A stretch of 57,301 bases of DNA from an uncultured Clostridium sp. (GCA_947088765.1 CAMUHU010000001.1:1-57301), one strand, 5' to 3'. Numbered from the stretch's first letter, positions 38,129 through 48,074 are shown. The notes: generated by a model not told the origin, from the sequence alone. Numbers and translations: made by a program.

Positions 38129-39574
38129 TTATGCATTTTCTGCTAATACATGTGCCATTTGTATTCCGCTTGCGGAAGCCATTATTAGACCTCGTGTTAA
38201 TCCCCCTCCATCTCCTATTGAATATAATCCTTCTACACTTGTTTTAAAATTATTATCTATTATTAATTGGTTTGAATAAAATTTTATTTCTGCTGCATAT
38301 AGTAGATTGTCTGGATTGGCAAATCCTGGTATTACTTTGTCCATTGCTTTTATAAATTCTAGTATATCTACCATTGTCCTATATCCTATTGCATATGTAA
38401 TGTCTCCTGCTATTGCTGTTTTTAGTGTTGGAATAACACTGTTTTTTTCTAACTCTTCTTGCCATGTTCTTTTTCCTTCTAATATATCTCCTAGTCTTTG
38501 TACTAATATATTTCCTTTTCCTAATTGATTTGCATTTTCTGCAATATTCATTCCATATTTTATTGGCTCTTTGAATGGATTATTGAAATGGTGTGATGCA
38601 AGTAATGCTAAATTTGTGTTTGTGCTTTTTCTATCTTTATATGCATGTCCATTTACTAATGTTAAATTGTTGTCATATACTTCATTTGCTACAAATCCAC
38701 TTGGATTTTGACAGAATGTTCTTACTTTGTCTCCATATGGTGGTAAATACCCAACAAATTTTCCTTCATACATATATTTATTTACATCTTTCATTACTTC
38801 ATCTGGTAGTTCATATCTAACTCCAATATCTACTACTCCTGCTCTATTTTCAATTGAGTGTTTATCACACATTGTTGCGAGCCATTCTGCACCTTTTCTT
38901 CCAATTCCTAAAACTATATTTTCTGAATATATCTTTTTTGTTTCTCCTGTATGCCCTGATTTCTCTATTACTACACCTTTTGCATGACTATTTTCAATTA
39001 TTAAGTCTTTTACATTTGTCTCAAACATTATTTCTATATTGTTTTCTAATAAATATTCTTCTATTTTTTTATATAGCTCATGACTCTTTTCTGTACCTAA
39101 ATGTCTTATTGGGCAATTGCATAATAATATTCCATTTTCTTTTGCTCTATCCGAAATTTTTTTAATTTCCTCTAAGTTTTCTAGTCCCTCTACTTTTGTA
39201 TCCGCTCCAAATTTTAGGTATATGTCATCTGCATAAAACATTAATTCTTTTGTTTTCTCTACTCCTAAATATTCTTGTAGACTTCCTCCAACCTCTATGT
39301 GGTCATCATCTTTGTTAGGTAAAGTTAACTTTCCATCTGAAAATGCTCCTGCTCCTGAAAAACCACTTGTTATATTACAATATGGCTTACATTTTACACA
39401 TTTGCCTGTTTTTTCTATTGGACAATTTCTATTTTCTACTCTTTTTCCTTGTTCTATCATTAATATCTTTTTATTTTTGTTCAATCCTAATTGTATTAAT
39501 TCATATGCAGTAAATGCACCACTTGGTCCTGCTCCAACTATTATTACATCATATTTTTCGTCTATTTTAATCAT
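38129..39574 (-). CDS. FAD-dependent oxidoreductase (COG2509-like)
   Basis: 481 aa with an N-terminal DVIIVGAGPSGAF dinucleotide-binding motif. Confidence 0.7.
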   Translation of the reverse strand: MIKIDEKYDVIIVGAGPSGAFTAYELIQLGLNKNKKILMIEQGKRVENRNCPIEKTGKCVKCKPYCNITSGFSGAGAFSDGKLTLPNKDDDHIEVGGSLQEYLGVEKTKELMFYADDIYLKFGADTKVEGLENLEEIKKISDRAKENGILLCNCPIRHLGTEKSHELYKKIEEYLLENNIEIMFETNVKDLIIENSHAKGVVIEKSGHTGETKKIYSENIVLGIGRKGAEWLATMCDKHSIENRAGVVDIGVRYELPDEVMKDVNKYMYEGKFVGYLPPYGDKVRTFCQNPSGFVANEVYDNNLTLVNGHAYKDRKSTNTNLALLASHHFNNPFKEPIKYGMNIAENANQLGKGNILVQRLGDILEGKRTWQEELEKNSVIPTLKTAIAGDITYAIGYRTMVDILEFIKAMDKVIPGFANPDNLLYAAEIKFYSNQLIIDNNFKTSVEGLYSIGDGGGLTRGLIMASASGIQMAHVLAENA

Positions 39575-39645
39575 TCCTTCCTAGATATAATATTAATAAT
39601 CTTTATTTACTTTATATTAGCATAAAAAGAAGTAATTATCAATAT

Positions 39646-40659
39646 TTACCTTTGCACCTCTGTCAAATATTCCATTATTTGTATTGCATTAGTTGCTGCT
39701 CCTTTTCTTATATTGTCTGCTACTACCCAAAGGTTTACTCCATTTTCTATGCTGTTATCTCTTCTTATTCTACCAACATAAACTTCATCTGTTCCTGTTG
39801 CACTTGTCGCTATTGGATATATTTCATTTTTTATATCATCTTGAATTATTATTCCTTTTGAAGCTTTTAATGTTTCTAATAGTTCATTATCATCAAATTT
39901 ATTTTCAAATTCTATGTTTATTGATTCACTATGTGAGTTCATTACAGGTACTCTTACTGTTGTTGCTGTTATTTTTAAATCTGGTCTATGTAAAATCTTT
40001 CTTGTTTCATTTATCATTTTTTCTTCTTCTTTTGTATATCCATTATCCAAAAATACATCTATATGAGGTAAACAGTTATTAAATATTTCATATTTGAATT
40101 TTTCTAATTCATATTTATTTTTATTCTCAGAATTTCTTATTCCATTTTCTAAATCATTTATTCCATGTTTTCCAGCTCCAGAAACGGCTTGATATGTAGA
40201 GTATACTATTCTTTTTATCTTATATTTGTCTTCTAATGGTTTTAATGCTACTACTGCTTGAATTGTAGAACAGTTTGGATTTGCTATTATACCATGATGT
40301 TTTTTTGCATCTTCTATATTTACTTCTGGTACTACTAATGGCACATCTTCGTCCATTCTAAATGCACTACTATTATCTATTACAATACATCCTTTACTTA
40401 CAGCTATTGGTGAATATCTCTTAGATGTTCCTCCTCCAGCAGAAAATAATGCAAAATCAAATTTTTCATCAAATGAATCTTCTTTTAATTCTTTAATCTC
40501 ATACTCTTTATTCATAAATACTATCTTTTTTCCAGCAGATTTCTCTGATGCAAAAAATACATATTCAGATATTGGAAGTTCTTTTTCTTCTAATACCTTT
40601 CTCATCATTTCGCCTACTACCCCTGTTGCACCTACCACTGCTACTTTATACTCTTTCAT
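39646..40659 (-). CDS. asd: aspartate-semialdehyde dehydrogenase
   Basis: 337 aa with VAVVGATGVVG at the N-terminus and the active-site region IANPNCSTIQ. Confidence 0.9.
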   Translation of the reverse strand: MKEYKVAVVGATGVVGEMMRKVLEEKELPISEYVFFASEKSAGKKIVFMNKEYEIKELKEDSFDEKFDFALFSAGGGTSKRYSPIAVSKGCIVIDNSSAFRMDEDVPLVVPEVNIEDAKKHHGIIANPNCSTIQAVVALKPLEDKYKIKRIVYSTYQAVSGAGKHGINDLENGIRNSENKNKYELEKFKYEIFNNCLPHIDVFLDNGYTKEEEKMINETRKILHRPDLKITATTVRVPVMNSHSESINIEFENKFDDNELLETLKASKGIIIQDDIKNEIYPIATSATGTDEVYVGRIRRDNSIENGVNLWVVADNIRKGAATNAIQIMEYLTEVQR

Positions 40660-40710
40660 AATTTATCACCCTTTCTAAAATTCTTTTAAATTATTTGCAT
40701 CTCCTTTTCA

Positions 40711-40736
40711 CGGACGCCCACATGGCGCCCCTACAT
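40711..40736 (-). repeat. REP-like hairpin (GACGCC subfamily)
   Basis: Plus strand CGGACGCCcacatGGCGCCCCTACAT, about 50 nt upstream of the asd start. Confidence 0.8.
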
Positions 40737-40920
40737 TTGTTCATAATATTTTATTATTATATTAAATGTTATAAATTTTCCTATTCCAATTTATGCACAT
40801 TTTTTACGTCCCCAATGTGCACTGATTCTTTTTCAATTTTGTAACCAAATTCTTTAAAATGAATAGTATATAACATAACAAATGAAATGCAGAACAATTT
40901 TTTATAGGAGGTTGTAAGAA

Positions 40921-41022
40921 ATGAACAATTGTTGCTCAAATAATAGTGAAATTTTATGGTTCATTATTCTATTCCTACTACTATTTTGTTGCGGTTGTGG
41001 TAACAGATGTTGTTGTGACTAA
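40921..41022 (+). CDS. YjcZ-like tiny Cys-rich membrane peptide
   Basis: 33-aa ORF MNNCCSNNSEILWFIILFLLLFCCGCGNRCCCD with RBS AGGAGG. Confidence 0.55.
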   Translation: MNNCCSNNSEILWFIILFLLLFCCGCGNRCCCD

Positions 41023-41107
41023 TGCAAAATAAGTAATTATTTCTTTTTATCAATCCACTCTAAAAAAGAGTTGGAAAATACTTAAAGTAAACAAGGAGGT
41101 GAATGTA

Positions 41108-41245
41108 ATGCCAGAAAATAGATGTTGCGGTGGTGGATGTGGCGGATTTGGATTCGGCGGTGATTGCTGTTGGATAATAATCCTTATAATCTTACTATTC
41201 TGTTGTTGTGGAAACAATAACAATGGTTGTGGATGCGGTTGCTAA
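41108..41245 (+). CDS. YjcZ-like tiny Cys/Gly-rich membrane peptide
   Basis: 45-aa ORF MPENRCCGGGCGGFGFGGDCCWIIILIILLFCCCGNNNNGCGCGC with RBS AAGGAGGTG. Paralogous to the preceding peptide. Confidence 0.55.
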   Translation: MPENRCCGGGCGGFGFGGDCCWIIILIILLFCCCGNNNNGCGCGC

Positions 41246-41364
41246 TAACAACCCAACTTATTAATCGTGAAAAATTTACGTAGTAAATTTTGCTCGATTT
41301 AAAGTGATGTTGGTATTAGCAATAGCAATGTTAGTTGCGGTTGCTAATACCTTTTACAATCTCA

Positions 41365-41390
41365 GGGCACGGTACGCCGTGCCCCTACAT
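41365..41390 (-). repeat. REP-like hairpin
   Basis: Plus strand GGGCACGGtaCGCCGTGCCCCTACAT, 1 nt after the obg stop codon. Confidence 0.8.
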
Positions 41391-41391
41391 C

Positions 41392-42663
<1,272 letters not shown>

Positions 42664-42700
42664 TTAAATTCCCTCCTTTCCATAACAATTATTATTAATC

Positions 42701-42723
42701 GTAGGGGCACATTGCATGTGCCC
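42701..42723 (+). repeat. REP-like hairpin (CACATG subfamily), left half of inverted doublet
   Basis: GTAGGGGCACATTGCATGTGCCC. Confidence 0.85.
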
Positions 42724-42746
42724 TTTTGATTTGAATGATTTTCAAT

Positions 42747-42769
42747 GGGCACATGCAATGTGCCCCTAC
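42747..42769 (-). repeat. REP-like hairpin (CACATG subfamily), right half of inverted doublet
   Basis: Plus strand GGGCACATGCAATGTGCCCCTAC, the exact reverse complement of 42701-42723. It lies 12 nt after the trpS stop. Confidence 0.85.
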
Positions 42770-42781
42770 AATTTTATTTTT

Positions 42782-43792
42782 CTATATTTCAAAATAGTTT
42801 AACATCATAGCTTTTTTTACTTTTTGCATAGTATCTTTAGCTTCTTTTCTTGCTTTTTCTGTACCTTCTATTAATATTTTATCTACTATTTCTGGATGTT
42901 CTTCATAATACTTTCTTTTTTCTCTTATAGGTTGTAGTTCTTTATTTATATTGTTTGCTAATTGTTTTTTGCATGCTACACATCCTCTTAGTCCTTTTCT
43001 ACATTCTTCACATACTGCTTTACATTCTTCTTCTGTACTAAATAATTTATGATAATATGAAACCATACATATATCAGGATTTCCTAAATCGTCTTTTTTT
43101 ATTCTATTAGGATCTGTTACTGCATTCATGACCTTTTTATTTACTTCTTCTTCTGTGTCTGATAAATAAATAGCATTTCCAAGCGATTTTCCCATTTTTT
43201 CATTCCCATCTAGTCCTTTTATTCTTTTTTCATTAGATAAAACTGCTTCTGGTTCAATTAAGACATCTCCATATATACTGTTAAATTTTCTAACAATCTC
43301 TCTACATTGCTCAATTAATGGTAATTGGTCTTCTCCAACAGGTACTAATTCTCCACCAAATGTAGTTATATCTGCTGCTTGACTTACTGGATATCCTAAA
43401 AATCCATATGTTACACTTTCTCCAAATAGTTCCTTTTTTTGCGCTATTTCTGTTTTTACTGTCGGATTTCTTTGTAAACGTGCAATTGTTACTAGATTAG
43501 AATAATAAATCGTAAGTTCTGCTGTTTCTGGTATCATTGATTGTATGTATATAGTTGTTTTGTTAGGGTCAATTCCAACAGATAAATAGTCCATCGCTAC
43601 TTCTCTTACATTTTTTCTAACTTTTTCTGGATTATTAAAATTATCTGTTAATGCCTGTACATCTGCTATTAATATATATTGGTCATACCCTTCATTTTGC
43701 ATTTTTACTCTATTTTTTAAAGAGCCAAAATAATGACCTATATGTAGTTTTCCAGTTGGTCTATCTCCTGTTAATATTCTTTTTTTTGCCAT
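42782..43792 (-). CDS. trpS: tryptophan--tRNA ligase
   Basis: 336 aa with a HIGH-type motif (GKLHIGHY) and a KMSKS-type motif (KMGKS). Confidence 0.95.
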   Translation of the reverse strand: MAKKRILTGDRPTGKLHIGHYFGSLKNRVKMQNEGYDQYILIADVQALTDNFNNPEKVRKNVREVAMDYLSVGIDPNKTTIYIQSMIPETAELTIYYSNLVTIARLQRNPTVKTEIAQKKELFGESVTYGFLGYPVSQAADITTFGGELVPVGEDQLPLIEQCREIVRKFNSIYGDVLIEPEAVLSNEKRIKGLDGNEKMGKSLGNAIYLSDTEEEVNKKVMNAVTDPNRIKKDDLGNPDICMVSYYHKLFSTEEECKAVCEECRKGLRGCVACKKQLANNINKELQPIREKRKYYEEHPEIVDKILIEGTEKARKEAKDTMQKVKKAMMLNYFEI

Positions 43793-43818
43793 AAATAACC
43801 TCCATTCTAGTATTTAGA

Positions 43819-44265
43819 CTATTTCATGTTTTTATTTTCTATTTCTGAAATTAAATTTACTCTTTCAGCATGTCTTCCACCTTCAAATGGTGTAGCTAAA
43901 AACATTCTTACAATGCAAATAGCTTCATTTACACTTATATAATCAGCACCTAAACCTAAAATATTTGCATCATTATGCATTCTTGAAAATTTAGCCGTTA
44001 TTTCATTATAACATGGCGTAGCTCTTACCCCTTTAAATTTGTTTGCAACTATTGACATTCCTATCCCTGACCTGCAAATTAATATTCCTGTTTCTGCTTG
44101 TTTGTCTTGTACCTTTTTAGCAACTTTTTCTGCAAATTCAGGATAATTAACACTTTCTTCTGAATTTGTTCCAACATCTTCATATTCTATTCCCGCTTCT
44201 TCAAGATATTTTTTTACTTCCTCCTTTAATTTATATCCTCCATGATCACTACCTATTACTACCAT
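43819..44265 (-). CDS. rpiB: ribose-5-phosphate isomerase B
   Basis: 148 aa, RpiB/LacA/LacB pattern (IGSDHGGYKLKE...CRSGIGMSI). Confidence 0.9.
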   Translation of the reverse strand: MVVIGSDHGGYKLKEEVKKYLEEAGIEYEDVGTNSEESVNYPEFAEKVAKKVQDKQAETGILICRSGIGMSIVANKFKGVRATPCYNEITAKFSRMHNDANILGLGADYISVNEAICIVRMFLATPFEGGRHAERVNLISEIENKNMK

Positions 44266-44294
44266 AAATTTTCTTCCTTTCTTTTCTTTAATTT

Positions 44295-44954
44295 CTAATT
44301 ATTAAACACAATACCATCAATACAATTATCATAAATGAATTGTTTTATTTTACAATTATCATTTGTACTATAAAAGTTTGATAGTAAAATATTAAATTCT
44401 TCTAATTTTTTATCTGGAATTTTGATAATTCCTACACCATTCTCTATCATAATTTTATTTGCGCAAATATTACTTGTCCTTTTGTTTCCATCCCAAAATA
44501 ATTGATTTCTCATTCCATATAACATATATTCAATTGCTCTTTCTGTAGAATTTTCTATATCTAATATCTGTTTTACATCACTTTTAACATTTTCTATATT
44601 AGGAATTTCTGGAATATAATCTGTCCCTGATATTTCTACCCTTCCATTCCTTAGAGTTCCCCATGAAAGGCTTTCGTTTCTTGCAACATATTCATTTACT
44701 TTACAAATAAAATCAATATTAAATTCTTTATCAATATTGCTTATTACATATTTCCAAGCATCTCTTAAATTTAATATACATTGTATTTCATCTACTTTTA
44801 AGTCAGGAACATTTACTCCTTCTAGTATTGTTTTTGTTTGAGGAAATGTTATATTTAAACCTTCCATTCTTGCATTTGCATAAACATTATCTACTAAATT
44901 TCTCTTTGCTAAGAATATATTTTGTTCTATTGTTAATTTATATTTATTCTGCAT
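44295..44954 (-). CDS. Fic/Doc family protein with non-canonical motif
   Basis: The core QLFWDGNKRTSN resembles the Doc-type HxFxDxNKR motif, but the catalytic His position is Gln. The start is uncertain: ATG 44954 is preferred over TTG 44984, which has no RBS. Confidence 0.55.
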   Translation of the reverse strand: MQNKYKLTIEQNIFLAKRNLVDNVYANARMEGLNITFPQTKTILEGVNVPDLKVDEIQCILNLRDAWKYVISNIDKEFNIDFICKVNEYVARNESLSWGTLRNGRVEISGTDYIPEIPNIENVKSDVKQILDIENSTERAIEYMLYGMRNQLFWDGNKRTSNICANKIMIENGVGIIKIPDKKLEEFNILLSNFYSTNDNCKIKQFIYDNCIDGIVFNN

Positions 44955-45118
44955 ATATTTTTTCCATTCCTTTCTAATGGTCAAACCAATTTTGAAAAAG
45001 AATTAGTATATTGCCAATATTTTTTTTAATTTTTTCTTTTCCAGAAAAAATTTATTATTTTCAAACATATATGCAAAGTATATCATATATTTATATTCTT
45101 TACAATATAATTTTTAGT

Positions 45119-46180
45119 ATGAAAAGAAGAAGTTTTAAATTTATGTTATTTTCTGTAAAAGAAAATTTATTATCAATTATTTTTGTTTTATTTACAATAT
45201 CACTTGTGGTATTTTCAAAGTCTAACTTGTCTGCTGCAAAAACAGGTTTATCATTATGGGCAAACTCTGTTGTTCCATCACTTTTTCCTTTTTTTATTGC
45301 AACAGAGCTTTTAAGTTATACAAATGTAATTTCTACACTTGGAACTCGTCTAAATTTCTTGATGAGACCACTTTTTAATGTTCCTGGAGAAGGTTCCTTC
45401 CCTTTTATTATGGGAATAATTAGTGGATATCCAACAGGTGCAAAAATTGTTTCTAAGTTTAAAAATGATGGTATTTGTACATCAGTTGAAGCTGAACGAC
45501 TTCTAGCTTTTACTAATAATTCAGGTCCTCTTTTTATAATTGGAACTGTTGGTATATCCCTTTTTGATGATTTACAAGTTGGTATATTGCTTCTAATTAC
45601 ACATATATTGGCATGTATTACAGTTGGTATTATTTTTAGATTTTGGAAATATGATAAATCACATAAGTCTTCATCAAAATATGCTTCTAAATCTTCTAGT
45701 AATTCATCTGCTAATATAAGTAGTTTGGGAAAAATATTAGGTGCAAGTATTACAAGTGCAACTCGTACTGTAGTTCTTATTGGTGGCTTTGTTGTTCTTT
45801 TTAGTGTTATTATTTCTATTGTTAATAACAGCGGAATTTTAGATTTACTTTGTAAAATTATTAATCCATTTTTAAGAACGCTAAATATAGATTCTAGATT
45901 TTCCTCTGGACTAATAAGTGGCATTATTGAACTTACAAATGGTGTGAGTATTATATCTTCTATATCTGTAAAAGCAATTTCTACAAACATTATATTTTGC
46001 GCATTCTTACTCGGTTTTGGCGGTATTTCTGTAGTTTTACAAGTGTTTAGTATAGTTTCAGAGGCTGGTATTTCAATAAAGCCATATATTTGGGGTAAGT
46101 TATTACAGGGGGTTTTTGCTGCATTATATACTTACTTAATTATAAGTAATTTTCAAATTTTTAATTTGGATTTAATTTAA
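45119..46180 (+). CDS. ylbJ: YlbJ-like sporulation integral membrane protein (nucleoside-recognition domains)
   Basis: About 353 aa, polytopic, with the YlbJ-like N-terminus (..AAKTGLSLWANSVVPSLFPFFIATELL). The start is uncertain because there is no clear RBS. Confidence 0.65.
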   Translation: MKRRSFKFMLFSVKENLLSIIFVLFTISLVVFSKSNLSAAKTGLSLWANSVVPSLFPFFIATELLSYTNVISTLGTRLNFLMRPLFNVPGEGSFPFIMGIISGYPTGAKIVSKFKNDGICTSVEAERLLAFTNNSGPLFIIGTVGISLFDDLQVGILLLITHILACITVGIIFRFWKYDKSHKSSSKYASKSSSNSSANISSLGKILGASITSATRTVVLIGGFVVLFSVIISIVNNSGILDLLCKIINPFLRTLNIDSRFSSGLISGIIELTNGVSIISSISVKAISTNIIFCAFLLGFGGISVVLQVFSIVSEAGISIKPYIWGKLLQGVFAALYTYLIISNFQIFNLDLI

Positions 46181-46533
46181 TATCTTCTGTATCTAGTATT
46201 ACATCCACATGATGAATTATTATCTAAGTTTTGAGTGTTTAATGTGGTATTAATACTATTTACAGTTGTACAGTTTGTTGTATGATTACAATTATTATCT
46301 CTTATAATTCTTAAAATTAGTCTTGTGATTATTGCTGATATAAATGCAAGGATTGTATATAGAATGGCAAATATTAGGAAATTGGCATCGAAAAATGCAA
46401 ATGTAACAACTAAAAATATGGCAAAGAATATTGCTGCTACTTTTATAGGGCAATGCAATATGGTCTCAAATACGCTCGCAAGTATAATGGTTGCAATTGG
46501 TAATGCAAATAATAACAATAATAAATTAGTCAT
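46177..46533 (-). CDS. hypothetical membrane protein with Cys/Asn-rich tail
   Basis: 118 aa with three TM helices and then a DNNCNHTTNCTT...SSCGCNTRYRRY tail. Confidence 0.45.
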   Translation of the reverse strand: MTNLLLLLFALPIATIILASVFETILHCPIKVAAIFFAIFLVVTFAFFDANFLIFAILYTILAFISAIITRLILRIIRDNNCNHTTNCTTVNSINTTLNTQNLDNNSSCGCNTRYRRY

Positions 46534-46637
46534 ATATATGTATCTCCTTTATTTTTCAATTTTATATATACTATTCATTTTATGAAAATTTGTTACAAAG
46601 AATAGAGGATTTGCACTTTTATGCGTCCAGTATATAG

Positions 46638-46674
46638 TAAAAAACACCCAGCGGTCGCATATGCAACCGCTGAG
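46638..46674 (-). terminator. terminator of the 140-aa island gene
   Basis: CAGCGGTTGCATATGCGACCGCTG, then GGGTGTTTTTT on the minus strand. Confidence 0.75.
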
Positions 46675-46693
46675 TAAAAGTATTTACTTATCT

Positions 46694-47116
46694 TTATTCC
46701 AATTCTTTAGCCAATTGAGCTAAATGTTTGCTTACTTCAACTACATCAACCTGTCTGTCAACTGGTACACATTTTACAGTTCCATATTCATTACCATCAT
46801 ATGATACCCATTCTTCTCCATTAGTAAACACTTCTAACAACCAATCAACTATATCCTTATTAGTCAGCTCTTCTTGCCCCATATTATAGAAGTCCTTTAC
46901 CATTTCTTCTATAGTGCCAGTGAATTCATCCTGGCTATCTGGTCCGTCAACGCTTGTAAATCTACAGTTTTCGATTGTGACTTGCTTGCTGTCTACCTGA
47001 ATTTTGTTCTGTAAATCTCGTAATTTAATGTCACCTCCATACTTTGTTCTCAGTTCCTCTAAAAACCGAACCTTCTCTTTGATACTCAAAACGAGCAGTT
47101 TTTGTTTGTAACTCAT
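46694..47116 (-). CDS. hypothetical acidic protein (GC-richer island)
   Basis: 140-aa ORF with RBS AAAGGAGAGAAG and a downstream terminator. Contains an in-frame CGG at 47066-47068. Confidence 0.5.
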   Translation of the reverse strand: MSYKQKLLVLSIKEKVRFLEELRTKYGGDIKLRDLQNKIQVDSKQVTIENCRFTSVDGPDSQDEFTGTIEEMVKDFYNMGQEELTNKDIVDWLLEVFTNGEEWVSYDGNEYGTVKCVPVDRQVDVVEVSKHLAQLAKELE

Positions 47117-47231
47117 AAGCTTCTCTCCTTTTTGTTATATTTTTTACAAAGTGTTCTCGACACTTACATTTTATATTTTAGCAAATTTATGTTTAAATGT
47201 CAATTTTATGTTAATTATGCAATTATATAAA

Positions 47232-47260
47232 TTGACTTTTCTAGAGAAATTTGTTACAAT
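47232..47260 (+). promoter_or_regulatory. sigmaA-type promoter of the 139-aa island gene
   Basis: TTGACT, 17 nt, TACAAT. Confidence 0.6.
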
Positions 47261-47341
47261 AATATTAGTTATGTAGATTACATATAGCTAATAAAAAAAA
47301 TGGCTCTTAGAGCAAGTCCTACATGGGCGGAAAGGAAATTT

Positions 47342-47761
47342 ATGAAAAATTTACGGTTTAAAAAAGGAGCAGTAGTTAAATTCTGTATAGTTGGCTGTGA
47401 CACTCTCTGGGGCAGGGTAGTTAATCTTGCTGATACTGAAGTTGAAATCTGTTATCAACAGCAGGTATCAACTACTGGAGAGCTCTTTTCTAAAGATTTG
47501 CCTTATGACAATAAATTCATCACTGCCGATACTGATCATTTCGTAACTATTGATGCAGAAAAGATCTGTACGTGGGAGTATTATCGTTTTTCTTATTGCA
47601 ATAGATCTACAACATATTTCTGTAGATCTATTGAAGAGTTTAATTCTCTTCATATAAGTCATTATAAAAACGGTATCTGTACAGGCGATGAGAACGGCGT
47701 AGCTCCCTCAAGTGAAAGTCCAAAGGTTGATGTGGCTTTTGCAGGTGAGTTTAAAGGCTAA
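47342..47761 (+). CDS. hypothetical Cys-rich protein (GC-richer island)
   Basis: Start set at MKNLRFKKG with RBS GGAAAGGAAA. Has a promoter and a terminator. Contains an in-frame CGG at 47354-47356. Confidence 0.5.
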   Translation: MKNLRFKKGAVVKFCIVGCDTLWGRVVNLADTEVEICYQQQVSTTGELFSKDLPYDNKFITADTDHFVTIDAEKICTWEYYRFSYCNRSTTYFCRSIEEFNSLHISHYKNGICTGDENGVAPSSESPKVDVAFAGEFKG

Positions 47762-47792
47762 TTTTTTTAACTGATTTAATATTTTTCATATG

Positions 47793-47822
47793 AGGCGGTG
47801 CCATTTCAGCACCGCCTTTTTA
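47793..47822 (+). terminator. terminator of the 139-aa island gene
   Basis: AGGCGGTGCcatttcaGCACCGCCT followed by TTTTT. Confidence 0.85.
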
Positions 47823-47918
47823 AATTGTTAAATTTTGATTTTTTGTTATGTATTCCCAGTAATAAATTTTCAAATTTGCTAACAATAGGAGTAATATGAT
47901 TTACGATTTCATATTGAA

Positions 47919-48044
47919 AAATTTCAAAAATAATCAGCATCTTGCGTCGTTAAACTACATTTGAAATCAAATCAACGTACAATAGTACGCCTCATTGATT
48001 TCAAATTTGTTTGCCTAGCAATATACTAATTATTTTTAAAATTT
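47919..48044 (-). repeat. long-hairpin element, copy B
   Basis: 27-bp closing stem whose 3 transition differences are G:U only on the minus strand. The core TGAGGCGTACTATTGTACGTTGA is near-identical to copy C. Confidence 0.8.
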
Positions 48045-48074
48045 AGTTTTTATCTTAGAAAGGAATGTTAATTT

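Noticed and set aside
40700-40725. Mini-ORF ATG CAA ATA ATT TAA behind AAGGAG upstream of asd
   Set aside because: It has only 4 codons and the ATG directly abuts the SD-like sequence. This is most likely coincidental.
45316-45990. 224-aa minus-strand ORF
   Set aside because: It lies entirely antisense to the ylbJ-like membrane protein gene, has no RBS and matches no family.
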